Source of the DNA: an uncultured Bacilli bacterium
GTDB lineage: Bacteria; Bacillota_I; Bacilli_A; RF39; UBA660
Length of the DNA stretch: 64,000 nt
Assembly: GCA_944332295.1 (NCBI GenBank)
Contig: CALVJR010000002.1
Location: 72,589 to 136,588 of the forward strand
Reading direction: 5' to 3'
Of the stretch, positions 29,937 to 39,866 are shown piece by piece; within the stretch, counting starts at the first letter, position 1, and each line of letters starts with the position of its first letter. A model generated the notes under the pieces. That model saw only the letters and a list, made by a program, of their open reading frames with translations, was not told the origin of the DNA and searched no databases. A program made the position numbers and the translations under genes.

Positions 29937-30449
29937 ATGATGATTCCAATTGTTATCTTAGTTATCTCTTTTCTTTTAGATGGGGTGCTTTCTAATTTCT
30001 TACCTTATATGGTTGGTGATTTATCTTTATTTACACCTATGCTTACGATTGTCTCTTTGGTTATTATTTATCCCTTTTTTACTAAAAAGAAGCGTAACTA
30101 TTTTATTATTTGTTTTGTATTAGGTTTGATTTATGACTTTATGTATACTAATTTATTGTTTTATAATGCGATTTTGTTTTTAGGATTAGGTGTTATTATT
30201 ATGTTTTTACATCGTTATATTCGTTTGAATTGGTTGAGTTTGTTATTATTTATCAGTTTGGCGATTATTGGATATGAAGCTATGAACGTAATAATTATTT
30301 TGATTTTTCAATTAGTTCCGATGACATTTTATCGTTTTCTTTATAAAATTAGTCATAGTTTATTACTCAATTTAATTTATGGAGAACTTCTTTATTTGAT
30401 TATTATTCTTATTCCTAAAAAATATAAGAGGTTTGCTATTAATTCTTAA
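29937..30449 (+). CDS. mreD: rod shape-determining protein MreD
   Basis: 170-aa polytopic membrane protein immediately after mreC. Confidence 0.6.
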   Translation: MMIPIVILVISFLLDGVLSNFLPYMVGDLSLFTPMLTIVSLVIIYPFFTKKKRNYFIICFVLGLIYDFMYTNLLFYNAILFLGLGVIIMFLHRYIRLNWLSLLLFISLAIIGYEAMNVIIILIFQLVPMTFYRFLYKISHSLLLNLIYGELLYLIIILIPKKYKRFAINS

Positions 30450-30506
30450 GAAAAGTAGAATATCTGCTTTTCTTTTTTCATATCCTTTATTAGAGGAGAT
30501 TATACT

Positions 30507-31082
30507 ATGAATACAAAGAAAACAGTAAAGAAGAAACTAGTACTTAAAAAAAGTGTTAAATCATTTATGACCAGAGCGCTTATTACAGTAATTATATTTT
30601 TAGTAGGTATGATACTCATAAAGAAGGATAATAATATTAAGAATACTATATTGGAGAATGTGTATGATAAGAATTTTGAGTTTACTAAAATAAAAAATAT
30701 ATACCAAAAATATTTTGGTAATATTTTATCTGTTGATCAATTGGCTGTTAAAGAACAGGCTGTTTTTCAAGAGACTTTATCTTATAAAAAGGCTCATACA
30801 TATTTAGATGGTGTGAAGTTAACCGTGGATCAAAATTATATGGTTCCTGTGCTTGAGAGTGGTATTGTTATTTTTTTAGGTGAGAAAGAAGGGTATGGTA
30901 ATACGGTTGTTATAGAGCAGGTGGATGGTGTAGATGTGTATTATTCCAATATTTCGACTGATGGTATAAAACTTTATGATTATGTAGAAAAAGGGACGTT
31001 GTTAGGTGAGGCAGAAAATAAGAAACTTTATTTAGTTTTTCAAAAAGATGGGAAGTTTTTAAATTATAAAGACTATATTTAG
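30507..31082 (+). CDS. membrane-anchored M23/LytM-domain protein, SpoIVFA-like
   Basis: N-terminal TM, C-terminal M23-like fold region, and synteny with the downstream M50 protease as in spoIVFA-spoIVFB. Confidence 0.45.
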   Translation: MNTKKTVKKKLVLKKSVKSFMTRALITVIIFLVGMILIKKDNNIKNTILENVYDKNFEFTKIKNIYQKYFGNILSVDQLAVKEQAVFQETLSYKKAHTYLDGVKLTVDQNYMVPVLESGIVIFLGEKEGYGNTVVIEQVDGVDVYYSNISTDGIKLYDYVEKGTLLGEAENKKLYLVFQKDGKFLNYKDYI

Positions 31083-31101
31083 TTATATTGAAGTTCATCC
31101 T

Positions 31102-31815
31102 TTGTTTTATTTGCTTGCTTTTTTTGCAGTTATTACGGCTTCCTTTTTTTCTTTTTGTGTTATTACTTTTTTAATTGTTATTCATGAAATTGGACATTTT
31201 CTTATGGCCTATTTATTAGGAGGAAAGATTTATAAGATATTAATTTATCCCTTGGGGGGAATTTCAAAGTTTTCTACTTCTTATAATATTTCATTATTTA
31301 AAGAATTTATTATTTTACTATTTGGACCGTTATTTCAGATTTTGGGATGGCTCTTACTAATTCATTTATTTCCTGAAAAAGAAGTCTTAATCTCTACTTA
31401 TCATTATGGAATTTTGTTTTTTAATTTATTACCAATTTATCCTTTGGATGGTGGAAAATTATTATGTTTAGTTTTTCATACTATTTTTTCTTATAAAAAA
31501 GCTTTTTATTTTACTTTTTGTGCTGGTTATTTGTTATTACTTTGTTTTTTTATTTTTATAGTTTTTTCATTTTCATTTAATATTCTTTTTTTATCTGTTT
31601 TTTTACTTATTAAACTTATGAAAGAGTATCAGCAAATTCCTTATTTTTATGAGAAATTTTTATTAGAGAGATATTTAAATCATTATTATTTTAAGAAGAG
31701 TAAATTGATTCGGGATTCTGATAAATTTTGTCGAGGGTATCGTCATTTAATTAAAGAAGGGGATTTTTATTATCTTGAAGATGAATATTTAGAAAAAAAG
31801 TACAAAAATTGTTGA
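31102..31815 (+). CDS. M50 site-2 protease, SpoIVFB-like (no CBS domain)
   Basis: HEIGH zinc motif in a TM helix and the NLLPIYPLDGG motif. Confidence 0.6.
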   Translation: MFYLLAFFAVITASFFSFCVITFLIVIHEIGHFLMAYLLGGKIYKILIYPLGGISKFSTSYNISLFKEFIILLFGPLFQILGWLLLIHLFPEKEVLISTYHYGILFFNLLPIYPLDGGKLLCLVFHTIFSYKKAFYFTFCAGYLLLLCFFIFIVFSFSFNILFLSVFLLIKLMKEYQQIPYFYEKFLLERYLNHYYFKKSKLIRDSDKFCRGYRHLIKEGDFYYLEDEYLEKKYKNC

Positions 31816-31840
31816 CATTTCATATTTTGCTTGCTATAAT
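31812..31840 (+). promoter_or_regulatory. sigmaA promoter (TTGACA, 17 bp, TATAAT) for tRNA-Ala
   Basis: Perfect consensus; overlaps the last codons of the M50 protease gene. Confidence 0.65.
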
Positions 31841-31873
31841 CAATTTGTCGACTTGAGAAAGGGAGACAAATAT

Positions 31874-31949
31874 GGGGCATTAGCTCAGCTGGGAGAGCGC
31901 CACGTTTGCACCGTGGAGGTCAGCGGTTCGATCCCGCTATGCTCCACCA
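31874..31949 (+). tRNA. tRNA-Ala (anticodon TGC)
   Basis: G3-U70, TTTGCAC loop, CCA. Confidence 0.9.
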
Positions 31950-31960
31950 TATTGATGATT

Positions 31961-31984
31961 ACGCTACTAAGTAGCGTTTTTTTA
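31961..31984 (+). terminator. rho-independent terminator after tRNA-Ala
   Basis: ACGCTACT-AA-GTAGCGT hairpin plus T run. Confidence 0.7.
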
Positions 31985-32008
31985 TTTTTGTTTTCTATAT
32001 AAGGAAGG

Positions 32009-32467
32009 ATGTTTATGAGTAAACTGTTATTAGTATTTGATTGTTTTTTAAATCGTGATATTAAAGAGTATTTATCTATTATACCAGGTGTTATCGATGT
32101 TAATATTCATCATTGCACCTTAATGATAGAGTATGATAATCAAAAACTTAGCGATTATATTTTACGCATGGAAGTTTTTTTGTTTTTAGATATTTTTAAA
32201 AGGCCATCTTTAATTTCTTTTGATAAATATGCGAATAAAGAATTACTAAGTTATTGTATGAAGATATCTGACTTTTGTTGTGAATACTGTTTAAAGGGAA
32301 TGCTAGATGAGTTGTTTTTAACGAATGGTGTTATAAGTGCCTTTATGGAATATGATGATATAGTGGAAAACGATAAGTGTGATGCAGTTATCAATATTAC
32401 ATATGATCCTTCTATTATTAATGAAAAAATGCTTACTATTTTAGAAAGTAAGTTTAATACCAAATAA
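32009..32467 (+). CDS. hypothetical Cys-rich protein (152 aa)
   Basis: ORF with several CxxC-like pairs (CCEYC); unknown family. Confidence 0.4.
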   Translation: MFMSKLLLVFDCFLNRDIKEYLSIIPGVIDVNIHHCTLMIEYDNQKLSDYILRMEVFLFLDIFKRPSLISFDKYANKELLSYCMKISDFCCEYCLKGMLDELFLTNGVISAFMEYDDIVENDKCDAVINITYDPSIINEKMLTILESKFNTK

Positions 32468-32490
32468 AAAAGCACAATGTTGTGCTTTTT
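32466..32490. terminator. bidirectional terminator hairpin between convergent genes
   Basis: AAAAAGCACAA-TG-TTGTGCTTTTT palindrome flanked by A and T runs. Confidence 0.6.
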
Positions 32491-32644
32491 ATCTGCAACC
32501 GTTTCCTCCGTTGTTGCAGCAATTATTATTTCCTCCCCAGATGAAGAAAATAATTATAATAACGATGATGATTGCCCAGATCCATCCTGAACCAAAACCA
32601 TCATTATTTCCATAATTGTATGGATAAGGATACATTCCGTACAT
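32489..32644 (-). CDS. YjcZ-like tiny Gly/Tyr/Asn-rich membrane peptide (51 aa); below the ORF-track size cut-off
   Basis: Translated by hand: MYGMYPYPYNYGNNDGFGSGWIWAIIIVIIIIFFIWGGNNNCCNNGGNGCR, with a single central TM helix. It resembles sporulation-associated YjcZ-type peptides. Confidence 0.5.
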   Translation of the reverse strand: MYGMYPYPYNYGNNDGFGSGWIWAIIIVIIIIFFIWGGNNNCCNNGGNGCR

Positions 32645-32774
32645 ATTACTTCATTCCTTTCATTATAGTATAATCAAAAGAATAATAAATATATACAGCA
32701 AACGCCTAATTTATGGAATAATTTATCATATCAGAAATGTATGCTATAATATTTAACAAGTGATAGGTGATGTT

Positions 32775-33533
32775 ATGAAAACGTTAGAAGAGTTAGATTT
32801 ATCTAAAAAGAAGTATATTATTTTTGATATGGATGGTACCCTTATTGATTCTATTGGAATATGGAATGAAGCAGATTGTCGGATTATTGATAAGTTTGCA
32901 GGTATCAAGATTGATTATGATGAAATACAAAAAGAAAGAGAATGGTTTTTAGAAACTCATTCTAATGAAGATATTTATGTTGCATATTGTGATTACTTAA
33001 TTCAAAAGTATCATATGAATGTTTCTAAGGAAGAGTTGATTTTAGAGAGATGGGGTAGTGTTGAGTCAATTTTAAAATATGAATTGACATATAAACCTGG
33101 TGTTCCGGAGTTGTTGCAGCAATTGAAAGAACAAGAGTTTACTTTGATACTTGCAACTGCCACGACACAAAGACAGATTGATATTTATGCTAATAAAAAT
33201 ATTATGATGGTAAATTCTGTTCCATTTTATGATACATTTGATTTTGTGCTTAGAAAAGAAGATGTTACTTATAAAAAGCCTCATCCCGAGATTTATCTGA
33301 AAGTTTTAGAGCATTATCAAACAACTCCGGATTTATGTTTAGTGTTTGAAGATTCTCTACATGGTGTTATAGCTGCTAGGGAAGCAGGAATAGAAACTAT
33401 TAATGTGTATGATAAATATTCTGATAAGGACCGATTAAGAATTGATTCTTTGACGGATTATAAAATTGATTCTTATCCAGAGTTTATAGATTGTTGTTTG
33501 TTAAAAAAAGGTTATCAATATAAAAAAAGATAA
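32775..33533 (+). CDS. HAD-superfamily hydrolase (beta-phosphoglucomutase-like subfamily IA)
   Basis: DMDGTLIDS motif I; the start is set at the ATG after AGGTGA. Confidence 0.7.
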   Translation: MKTLEELDLSKKKYIIFDMDGTLIDSIGIWNEADCRIIDKFAGIKIDYDEIQKEREWFLETHSNEDIYVAYCDYLIQKYHMNVSKEELILERWGSVESILKYELTYKPGVPELLQQLKEQEFTLILATATTQRQIDIYANKNIMMVNSVPFYDTFDFVLRKEDVTYKKPHPEIYLKVLEHYQTTPDLCLVFEDSLHGVIAAREAGIETINVYDKYSDKDRLRIDSLTDYKIDSYPEFIDCCLLKKGYQYKKR

Positions 33534-33638
33534 AATGTTTCTTATGAAAAATCAAAAAAATGTTATAATTAAATTACAACGAGTAGTTATTTATTGGTGT
33601 AAGTCCAGTTGATAGCTACTTTTTTTAGGAGGCTTAAA

Positions 33639-34127
33639 ATGTATAAATCTGGAGATGTTGTTGTATATAGAAGAGATGTCTGTAGAATAAAGGATGTGAA
33701 GGAACATTATTTTTTTGATAAAACTTATTATATTATGAGTCCTATTGATGATGATTCCTTGGTTACCAGTATTCCTGTAGATACTACATCTTATTTACGA
33801 GATGTTATTACGAAAGAGGAAGCGGAAGAATTGATTTCTAAGATTCCATATATTGAAACTGTTCAAGTAAGTGATAGAGATATTGAATATGAATATAAAC
33901 GATTATTAGGTGAAAATACTTTGGAAAGTTTAATAAAGATTATTAAAACTACTTATATGAGAAATGCTAAGAGATTAGAGCAAAATAAAAAGGTTAGTGA
34001 AAAGGACGAACAATATTTTAATCAGGCTGAAAGACGGTTATATAATGAATTATCTATCAGTTTACAGTTATCTTTTGATGATACAAGGCAATATGTTCTT
34101 GATTCTGTAGAGGCTTTGTTAGCATAG
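33639..34127 (+). CDS. CarD/CdnL-family RNA polymerase-binding transcription factor
   Basis: The N-terminal Tudor-like domain MYKSGDVVVYRRDVCRIKDV; the start is set at the ATG after AGGAGG. Confidence 0.65.
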   Translation: MYKSGDVVVYRRDVCRIKDVKEHYFFDKTYYIMSPIDDDSLVTSIPVDTTSYLRDVITKEEAEELISKIPYIETVQVSDRDIEYEYKRLLGENTLESLIKIIKTTYMRNAKRLEQNKKVSEKDEQYFNQAERRLYNELSISLQLSFDDTRQYVLDSVEALLA

Positions 34128-34189
34128 GATTTAGTAGATTATTCCAATCTACTTTTTCTATGGTATAATTTTTATGGAAGGGTGGTACT

Positions 34190-34669
34190 ATGGATAAAAC
34201 TAATGTCATGCGAATTTTAAAGCAACATAAAATAAAATATCAATCTTATTATTATGGCGATACTTCTGTTGTTAGTGGTGTTGAAGTGGCGACTGTTTTA
34301 AATCAAGATTTTAGAAGAGTTTTTAAAACATTGGTTACTGTTTCTAATTCAAAGAAATATTATGTGTTTATGATTCCAGTAGATAAAGAATTAGATTTAA
34401 AAAAAGCTGCTAAAAGTGTTTCCTGTAAGTCTATTTCTATGTTACCTTCCAAAGAGTTACTTCCTCTTACAGGATATGTTCATGGAGGTTGTTCTCCAAT
34501 TGGTATGAAGAAAAGATTTTTTACAGTTATTGATTCTAGTGCTAAAGAGTTTTCTACGATTATTTTTAGTGCAGGAAAGATTGGATATCAAGTAGAAGTT
34601 TCGGTTGATGATTTGGTTCAGCTGCTTGAGTGTCAATTTTCTAGTATTTTGGAGGGTGCTTGTTTATGA
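34190..34669 (+). CDS. ybaK: Cys-tRNA(Pro)/Cys-tRNA(Cys) deacylase YbaK-like
   Basis: 159 aa with the YbaK/ProX deacylase domain pattern. Confidence 0.65.
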   Translation: MDKTNVMRILKQHKIKYQSYYYGDTSVVSGVEVATVLNQDFRRVFKTLVTVSNSKKYYVFMIPVDKELDLKKAAKSVSCKSISMLPSKELLPLTGYVHGGCSPIGMKKRFFTVIDSSAKEFSTIIFSAGKIGYQVEVSVDDLVQLLECQFSSILEGACL

Positions 34670-35043
34670 CATTAGAGGAATATCAGGATATAGAGATAGA
34701 TAAGTTATTTTTAAGACTTGAACATTCTAAATTTCGTAGTCGATTTCATTTAACTGAGAAAGATAAGAAATATATTTTAGAAAAAGGTATGGATGTGATA
34801 TCATCTCATGCATATGATTTTATTTCTAAGCGATTAGCTCCTGCTAATTTAGTTAATGATGGAAAACAGACTCCGATGAAGGGACATCCTGTTTTTGTGG
34901 CTCAACATGCTACTGCTACCTGTTGTCGAGGGTGTCTTTATAAATGGCATCATATTTCTAAAGATAAAGATTTAACAAAAGAACAAGTGGATTATGTTGT
35001 TCATGTTATTATGCGTTGGATAAAAAAAGAGGTGATAAAATGA
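34660..35043 (+). CDS. DUF4186-like protein
   Basis: Conserved Cys cluster CCRGCLYKWHHI. Confidence 0.35.
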   Translation: MFMTLEEYQDIEIDKLFLRLEHSKFRSRFHLTEKDKKYILEKGMDVISSHAYDFISKRLAPANLVNDGKQTPMKGHPVFVAQHATATCCRGCLYKWHHISKDKDLTKEQVDYVVHVIMRWIKKEVIK

Positions 35044-35348
35044 CATTGAAAGATGAGTTTAAGTATTTGGTTGGTGGATATTATGGAATTATGGAAATGG
35101 ATGAGTATGATTTAAAAGTTTATGTATTAAAAGATATAGAAAATTATATTCGTGCTTTTATTGAGGAGAACCCTATTCCTAATTTTGATTATAAAAAAGA
35201 AGCAGAAAATATTAAAGATACTATGTCTCTTAGAACTAAGTTACAAGATAGTTTATTAATTTTATATAAAATAGATGCTTCAATGGATTTGGTGTTTATG
35301 GTTAAGGCAAGATTAAAACAATTGGATAAAGAAAAAAATGCTTCTTAA
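35016..35348 (+). CDS. hypothetical protein (110 aa)
   Basis: ORF only. Confidence 0.35.
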   Translation: MDKKRGDKMTLKDEFKYLVGGYYGIMEMDEYDLKVYVLKDIENYIRAFIEENPIPNFDYKKEAENIKDTMSLRTKLQDSLLILYKIDASMDLVFMVKARLKQLDKEKNAS

Positions 35349-35463
35349 TATAGAGATATCGTTTAGGTATTAAACATTAGAACTTGCAATTTAGTATTAT
35401 TTTCAGTTTCTCTTGTTTATTTTGTGATATTGTAGTATAATAAGCATAAATTTTAGGGGGATT

Positions 35464-36342
35464 GTGATGGAATTTTTAGTATTTATTAGTTATATCTTTT
35501 TTGCATTTTTGTTATTTTTATTTCTTAATTTTATGGTAGAAAAATTTTCTTTAACTAAAATTCAATATGTTTTATTTACGAATATTTTTTTAGTTTTTTT
35601 GGCAAGTTTTGCTAGTTACTTCCACTTAAATGTTTTTTGTGATAATATTTTTATAATTGTTGTTTTTGAATTTTTAATTCGTATGATTTATACTACTTAT
35701 TTATTAGAAAAAGATTTCTTTTCTAAAGAAGAAGGGAATTTGGTTTTATATTTAAGTAATTTAATAGTAGCATATCTATTAAATCAGTTTATTATTCGTC
35801 AAGTAGACATGGTCTTTTTAAATCCGGAACAGTTAAAGTTTTTACTCTGGGTATTTATTATTTTATTTATCTATCAATTTTTTTATAAGAAAGATGCTAC
35901 TACTTTTAGAGAGAAATCTTCTAAAAAAATATCTATTGCAGATAGAGGACAATATATAGTTTTACAATATGCTAAGATGAAACAGAAATTTGGAAAAGAG
36001 ATTAGAGTACAAGGTGATATACGTTTATTAGTTTATGCTATTATGATTTTTGAAAACTATAGACGTCCTAGTTTCTTTAGACAGTTAGACTATTTTCGTT
36101 ATCAGTTTGATCATGTTCCTAGAAAACAGGGTATTATGCAGATTGATAGTAAGAAAATTATTAATGATTTAGAAAGTATTGAAATCATTGAGAAGAAATT
36201 TGAAAAATTACAAGAGAAAAAGAAAACAAAGAAGAATGATATTGATGTTTCTTTCTTGTTAAAGGGTGTTGGTAAAAAACAAGAAGAAATTGAACAAATA
36301 GAAGAGATTTATCAATATTTGAAAGATTTTTCAGCCTTGTAA
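35464..36342 (+). CDS. polytopic membrane protein with a charged C-terminal tail, hypothetical
   Basis: Four or five TM helices followed by a K/E-rich tail. Confidence 0.4.
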   Translation: MMEFLVFISYIFFAFLLFLFLNFMVEKFSLTKIQYVLFTNIFLVFLASFASYFHLNVFCDNIFIIVVFEFLIRMIYTTYLLEKDFFSKEEGNLVLYLSNLIVAYLLNQFIIRQVDMVFLNPEQLKFLLWVFIILFIYQFFYKKDATTFREKSSKKISIADRGQYIVLQYAKMKQKFGKEIRVQGDIRLLVYAIMIFENYRRPSFFRQLDYFRYQFDHVPRKQGIMQIDSKKIINDLESIEIIEKKFEKLQEKKKTKKNDIDVSFLLKGVGKKQEEIEQIEEIYQYLKDFSAL

Positions 36343-36926
36343 ATTTTTCTTTTTTTTATTTATAAAAATGGTATGGTGATTTTTGATATTTATGGTTAGT
36401 GCTTATGGTTTAGATATTTTATTTTCATGCAATTCTATTGGAAAGAATAAAGATTGTTTGGCTTATGTGTGAAAATTTAGCGTTTATTTTGCCTAGAAAT
36501 TTTAGTGTTTATGATTTTTGTTTAAAATTAGATTGTAATATTTTGAGAAATTAACAAGTAGTTATTTCTGATTTGAATGTGGAAGTTTTTCATATTAATA
36601 ATCAATTTTTTGATTATGTTTTTTTGATTCAATAAATTTTATCAAAGTACTAAATGAACTGAAAAGGAAGTTTTTTGAATAGTTAACGATTAGTTGATTA
36701 TTTTGCAAATTGTTGTTGTGTGAATGAAGCGGTTGAGAAGAAGCGAGATTATGATAAATTAGAGTAATTTAAAACCTTACGCAAAAATATTGGTGAATTA
36801 ATAGATTATGTTATTAGTCAAATTAAAGAAGATAATTTAGAAGCATATGTTAAAAGAAAAGTAGCGTAACTTGCTTGTCTTTTTTTCTTTTCTATAGTAA
36901 AATTTAAGGAGTTTTGAGGTGATAAA
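36343..36926 (+). promoter_or_regulatory. long (about 580 bp) AT-rich leader upstream of the ABC-F gene, containing mini-ORFs (e.g. MKRLRRSEIMIN)
   Basis: No ORF of 60 aa or more; the short uORF is at about 36723-36761. Resistance-type ABC-F genes are classically controlled by leader-peptide attenuation. Confidence 0.3.
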
Positions 36927-38510
36927 ATGATTCAAGTAAATAATGTTAGTTTAAAGTTTGGAAAAAGAACTTTATTTGAAGATGTTAATATTAAGTTTAC
37001 CAGTGGTAATTGCTATGGACTAATCGGTGCTAATGGATCTGGTAAAAGTACTTTTTTAAAAGTATTATCTGGAGAAGTGGAAACTACAACAGGAGAAGTA
37101 ATTGTTTCTAAAGATGAACGGATTTCTTTTTTGAGACAAGATCATTATCAATATGAAGATGATATTGTTTTGGATGTTGTTATGATGGGAAATGAAAAAT
37201 TATATAGTATCATGACAGAAAAAAATAAGATGTATATGCAAACAGAATTTAGTGAAGAAGATGGTATGCGACTTGCTAATTTGGAAGCTGAATTTATGGA
37301 GCTTGATGGTTGGAATGCAGAGGCTGATGCTGCAACCTTACTAAATAGTTTAGGTGTTGATATGGAGTATCATTCTATGAAAATGAAAGATATTCCAGTT
37401 AAGTTAAGGGTAAAAGTATTACTTGCACAAGCTTTATTTGGTGATCCTGATATTTTGCTTTTAGATGAACCTACTAATAGTTTGGATATCGAAGCAATTA
37501 AATGGTTAGAAGAGTTTTTAATTAATTTTAATAATACTGTTATTATTGTTTCTCATGATCGTCACTTTTTAAATAAAGTATGTACTCATATTGCGGATAT
37601 TGATTATGGTAAGATTAAATTATATGTTGGTAATTATGATTTCTGGTATGAGTCTAGTGAACTTTTACAAAAACAGATGAAGGAGTCTAATAAGAAAAAA
37701 GAAGAAAAAATTAAAGAATTGCAAGCATTTATTGCTAGGTTTAGTGCGAATGCTTCTAAATCAAAACAAGCAACATCTCGTAAGAAATTGCTTGATAAGA
37801 TTCAATTAGATGAAATTGTTCCTTCTTCTCGTAAGTATCCATATATTGATTTTAAAATAGAAAAAGAAGCTGGAAAAGAAATCTTAAAAGTTGAGAATTT
37901 AACAAAAATCATTGATGGAAAAACAATTTTAGATCATGTTTCATTTACGATATTAAAAGGTGATAAGATTACATTTTTAGCACAAGATGATTTTGTTAAG
38001 ACTACATTATTTAATATATTAGCCGGAAAAGAAGAGTATGATGAAGGTACTATCGAATGGGGTAAGACTATTAATTATAGGTATTTACCACAAGATAATA
38101 CAGAGTACTTTAATACCGATAAAAATATTATGGAGTGGATTGGGCAATATTATGATATTAAGGATGAAACGGTTCTTCGAGGATTTTTAGGTAGAATGTT
38201 ATTTTCTGGTGAAGATGTGTTTAAGAAAGTATCTGTTTTATCTGGAGGAGAAAAAGCTCGTTGTATGTTATCTAAGATGATGTTAGAAGAACCTAATTTC
38301 TTAATTTTGGATGAACCAACAAATCATTTGGATTTGGAAAGTATTACTTCTTTAAATAAAGGTATGGTTAATTTTAAAGGTGAAATTTTATTTACTTCCA
38401 GGGATTATGAGTTAAATAGTACAGTAAGTAATCGAGTTATTGAAATTTTAGAGGATGGTAAAATTGTTGATAGAGCTATTCCTTATGAGGAGTATTTGGA
38501 GAAGAAGTAA
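36927..38510 (+). CDS. ABC-F family ATPase (two ABC domains, no TM domain); translation factor or ribosomal-protection type
   Basis: Two Walker A motifs (GANGSGKST and a second), two LSGGE signatures, an inter-domain linker; 527 aa. Confidence 0.8.
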   Translation: MIQVNNVSLKFGKRTLFEDVNIKFTSGNCYGLIGANGSGKSTFLKVLSGEVETTTGEVIVSKDERISFLRQDHYQYEDDIVLDVVMMGNEKLYSIMTEKNKMYMQTEFSEEDGMRLANLEAEFMELDGWNAEADAATLLNSLGVDMEYHSMKMKDIPVKLRVKVLLAQALFGDPDILLLDEPTNSLDIEAIKWLEEFLINFNNTVIIVSHDRHFLNKVCTHIADIDYGKIKLYVGNYDFWYESSELLQKQMKESNKKKEEKIKELQAFIARFSANASKSKQATSRKKLLDKIQLDEIVPSSRKYPYIDFKIEKEAGKEILKVENLTKIIDGKTILDHVSFTILKGDKITFLAQDDFVKTTLFNILAGKEEYDEGTIEWGKTINYRYLPQDNTEYFNTDKNIMEWIGQYYDIKDETVLRGFLGRMLFSGEDVFKKVSVLSGGEKARCMLSKMMLEEPNFLILDEPTNHLDLESITSLNKGMVNFKGEILFTSRDYELNSTVSNRVIEILEDGKIVDRAIPYEEYLEKK

Positions 38511-38812
38511 TGAGAGTAGCAATTATTTCTATTAGTAACAGAGTGTATTTTTTAGATTACATTTCTTGTTTTTATGATATCAACGAAAATCAGGATGAGA
38601 TTTTAAGATATTTAATGAATCAAAAAAGTGCTGATTTTATTTCTAATATTTTTGAACTTTTTTCAGGTGATGATAAAAAACAGGATTCTTCTTTTGGTAT
38701 TATGATTATTGATGATAAAAGTCAAGTTATGGATATAGAGCAAGATTCTTATAAAATGGTTAATACTGATATAAAAAGAATGATAAAACAACAAAATATT
38801 ATGGTTAATTAA
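38510..38812 (+). CDS. hypothetical protein (100 aa)
   Basis: ORF; its start overlaps the ABC-F stop. Confidence 0.35.
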   Translation: MRVAIISISNRVYFLDYISCFYDINENQDEILRYLMNQKSADFISNIFELFSGDDKKQDSSFGIMIIDDKSQVMDIEQDSYKMVNTDIKRMIKQQNIMVN

Positions 38813-38872
38813 AGATTAAGACAAAGCCGAAGATAAATGTGATATAATGTAAATATAGTTGGAGGAAAATAT

Positions 38873-39442
38873 ATGGAAGCAATTGATTTTATGAATGGAA
38901 GTAGTTATTTAAAAGAACCTGGAACAGTAGATGATATAGCGAGTCATCCTAAGTTTGTTCTTATTCGTCCAGATGGAACTATTCTTTATTCTGATACTAG
39001 TAATGATGGAAAAATGATTTCACTTCATGGTACTGAAGTAAAATGTACTCATCATGAACATTATATGGCTAAATTAGTCGAAAATTTTTTCCCGGAAAAA
39101 GTGGAGTTAGCAAATAAAATAGAGCAAGGAAATATTTTTGCTCCAATCTTTGAATTTTTGGGGGAAGGGAATATTTTATTTAATAATACTACTACTTATG
39201 AGGGACCAACATTCTTTTTGCATGGTATTCATGGACAGTTATTGATTCCTGAGAATCCAACGAATGCTCAGAAAGAAGCGATGATGCAATTAGATCCTTA
39301 TGTTAATTATTTTAAAGAAATTGAAGTGAAAGAGTATCAAGATGTGGTACGAAATATTAAAGATAATTATTATGAAGATGGCTCGGTAGCAATAAAAAAT
39401 TATTTAGATAGACATCCTGTATATGGAAAAGCAAGACATTAA
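38873..39442 (+). CDS. hypothetical protein (189 aa)
   Basis: ORF with good RBS (GGAGGAAAATAT ATG). Confidence 0.4.
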   Translation: MEAIDFMNGSSYLKEPGTVDDIASHPKFVLIRPDGTILYSDTSNDGKMISLHGTEVKCTHHEHYMAKLVENFFPEKVELANKIEQGNIFAPIFEFLGEGNILFNNTTTYEGPTFFLHGIHGQLLIPENPTNAQKEAMMQLDPYVNYFKEIEVKEYQDVVRNIKDNYYEDGSVAIKNYLDRHPVYGKARH

Positions 39443-39866
39443 AATTTTTGTTATTCATAAAGAATTTCCAATTTATCGTGCTGTTGACATATTATATGAA
39501 AATCCAATTTATTATAATCATTTAGAATATTGGGAAGAACATTTATCAAAAGTACAGTATGAAACTGTTAGTTTAGATGATTTATATCAAGATACGAGAA
39601 ATTTGATTGCTATTAAGATAGCTATGGAAGGAAATATTGTGTTTATGGATACCTCTAAAAGAAATGGAAGTTATCGTTCTGGTGTAATATGTTTGCCATC
39701 TTCTATTTCTTCTGCCAGAAAAAAGTTAGCTGCTATGCTAACATCATCTTATGATTATTTAAATGTTATTTATGATATTTATTATGATGGGAAATCCTAT
39801 CGTGCTAAGGAAAAAGATATTATTCGATCTTCCGATTCTTCTAAAGTTCTAACATATCGTTTTTGA
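39423..39866 (+). CDS. hypothetical protein (147 aa)
   Basis: ORF overlapping the previous stop. Confidence 0.35.
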   Translation: MEKQDIKIFVIHKEFPIYRAVDILYENPIYYNHLEYWEEHLSKVQYETVSLDDLYQDTRNLIAIKIAMEGNIVFMDTSKRNGSYRSGVICLPSSISSARKKLAAMLTSSYDYLNVIYDIYYDGKSYRAKEKDIIRSSDSSKVLTYRF

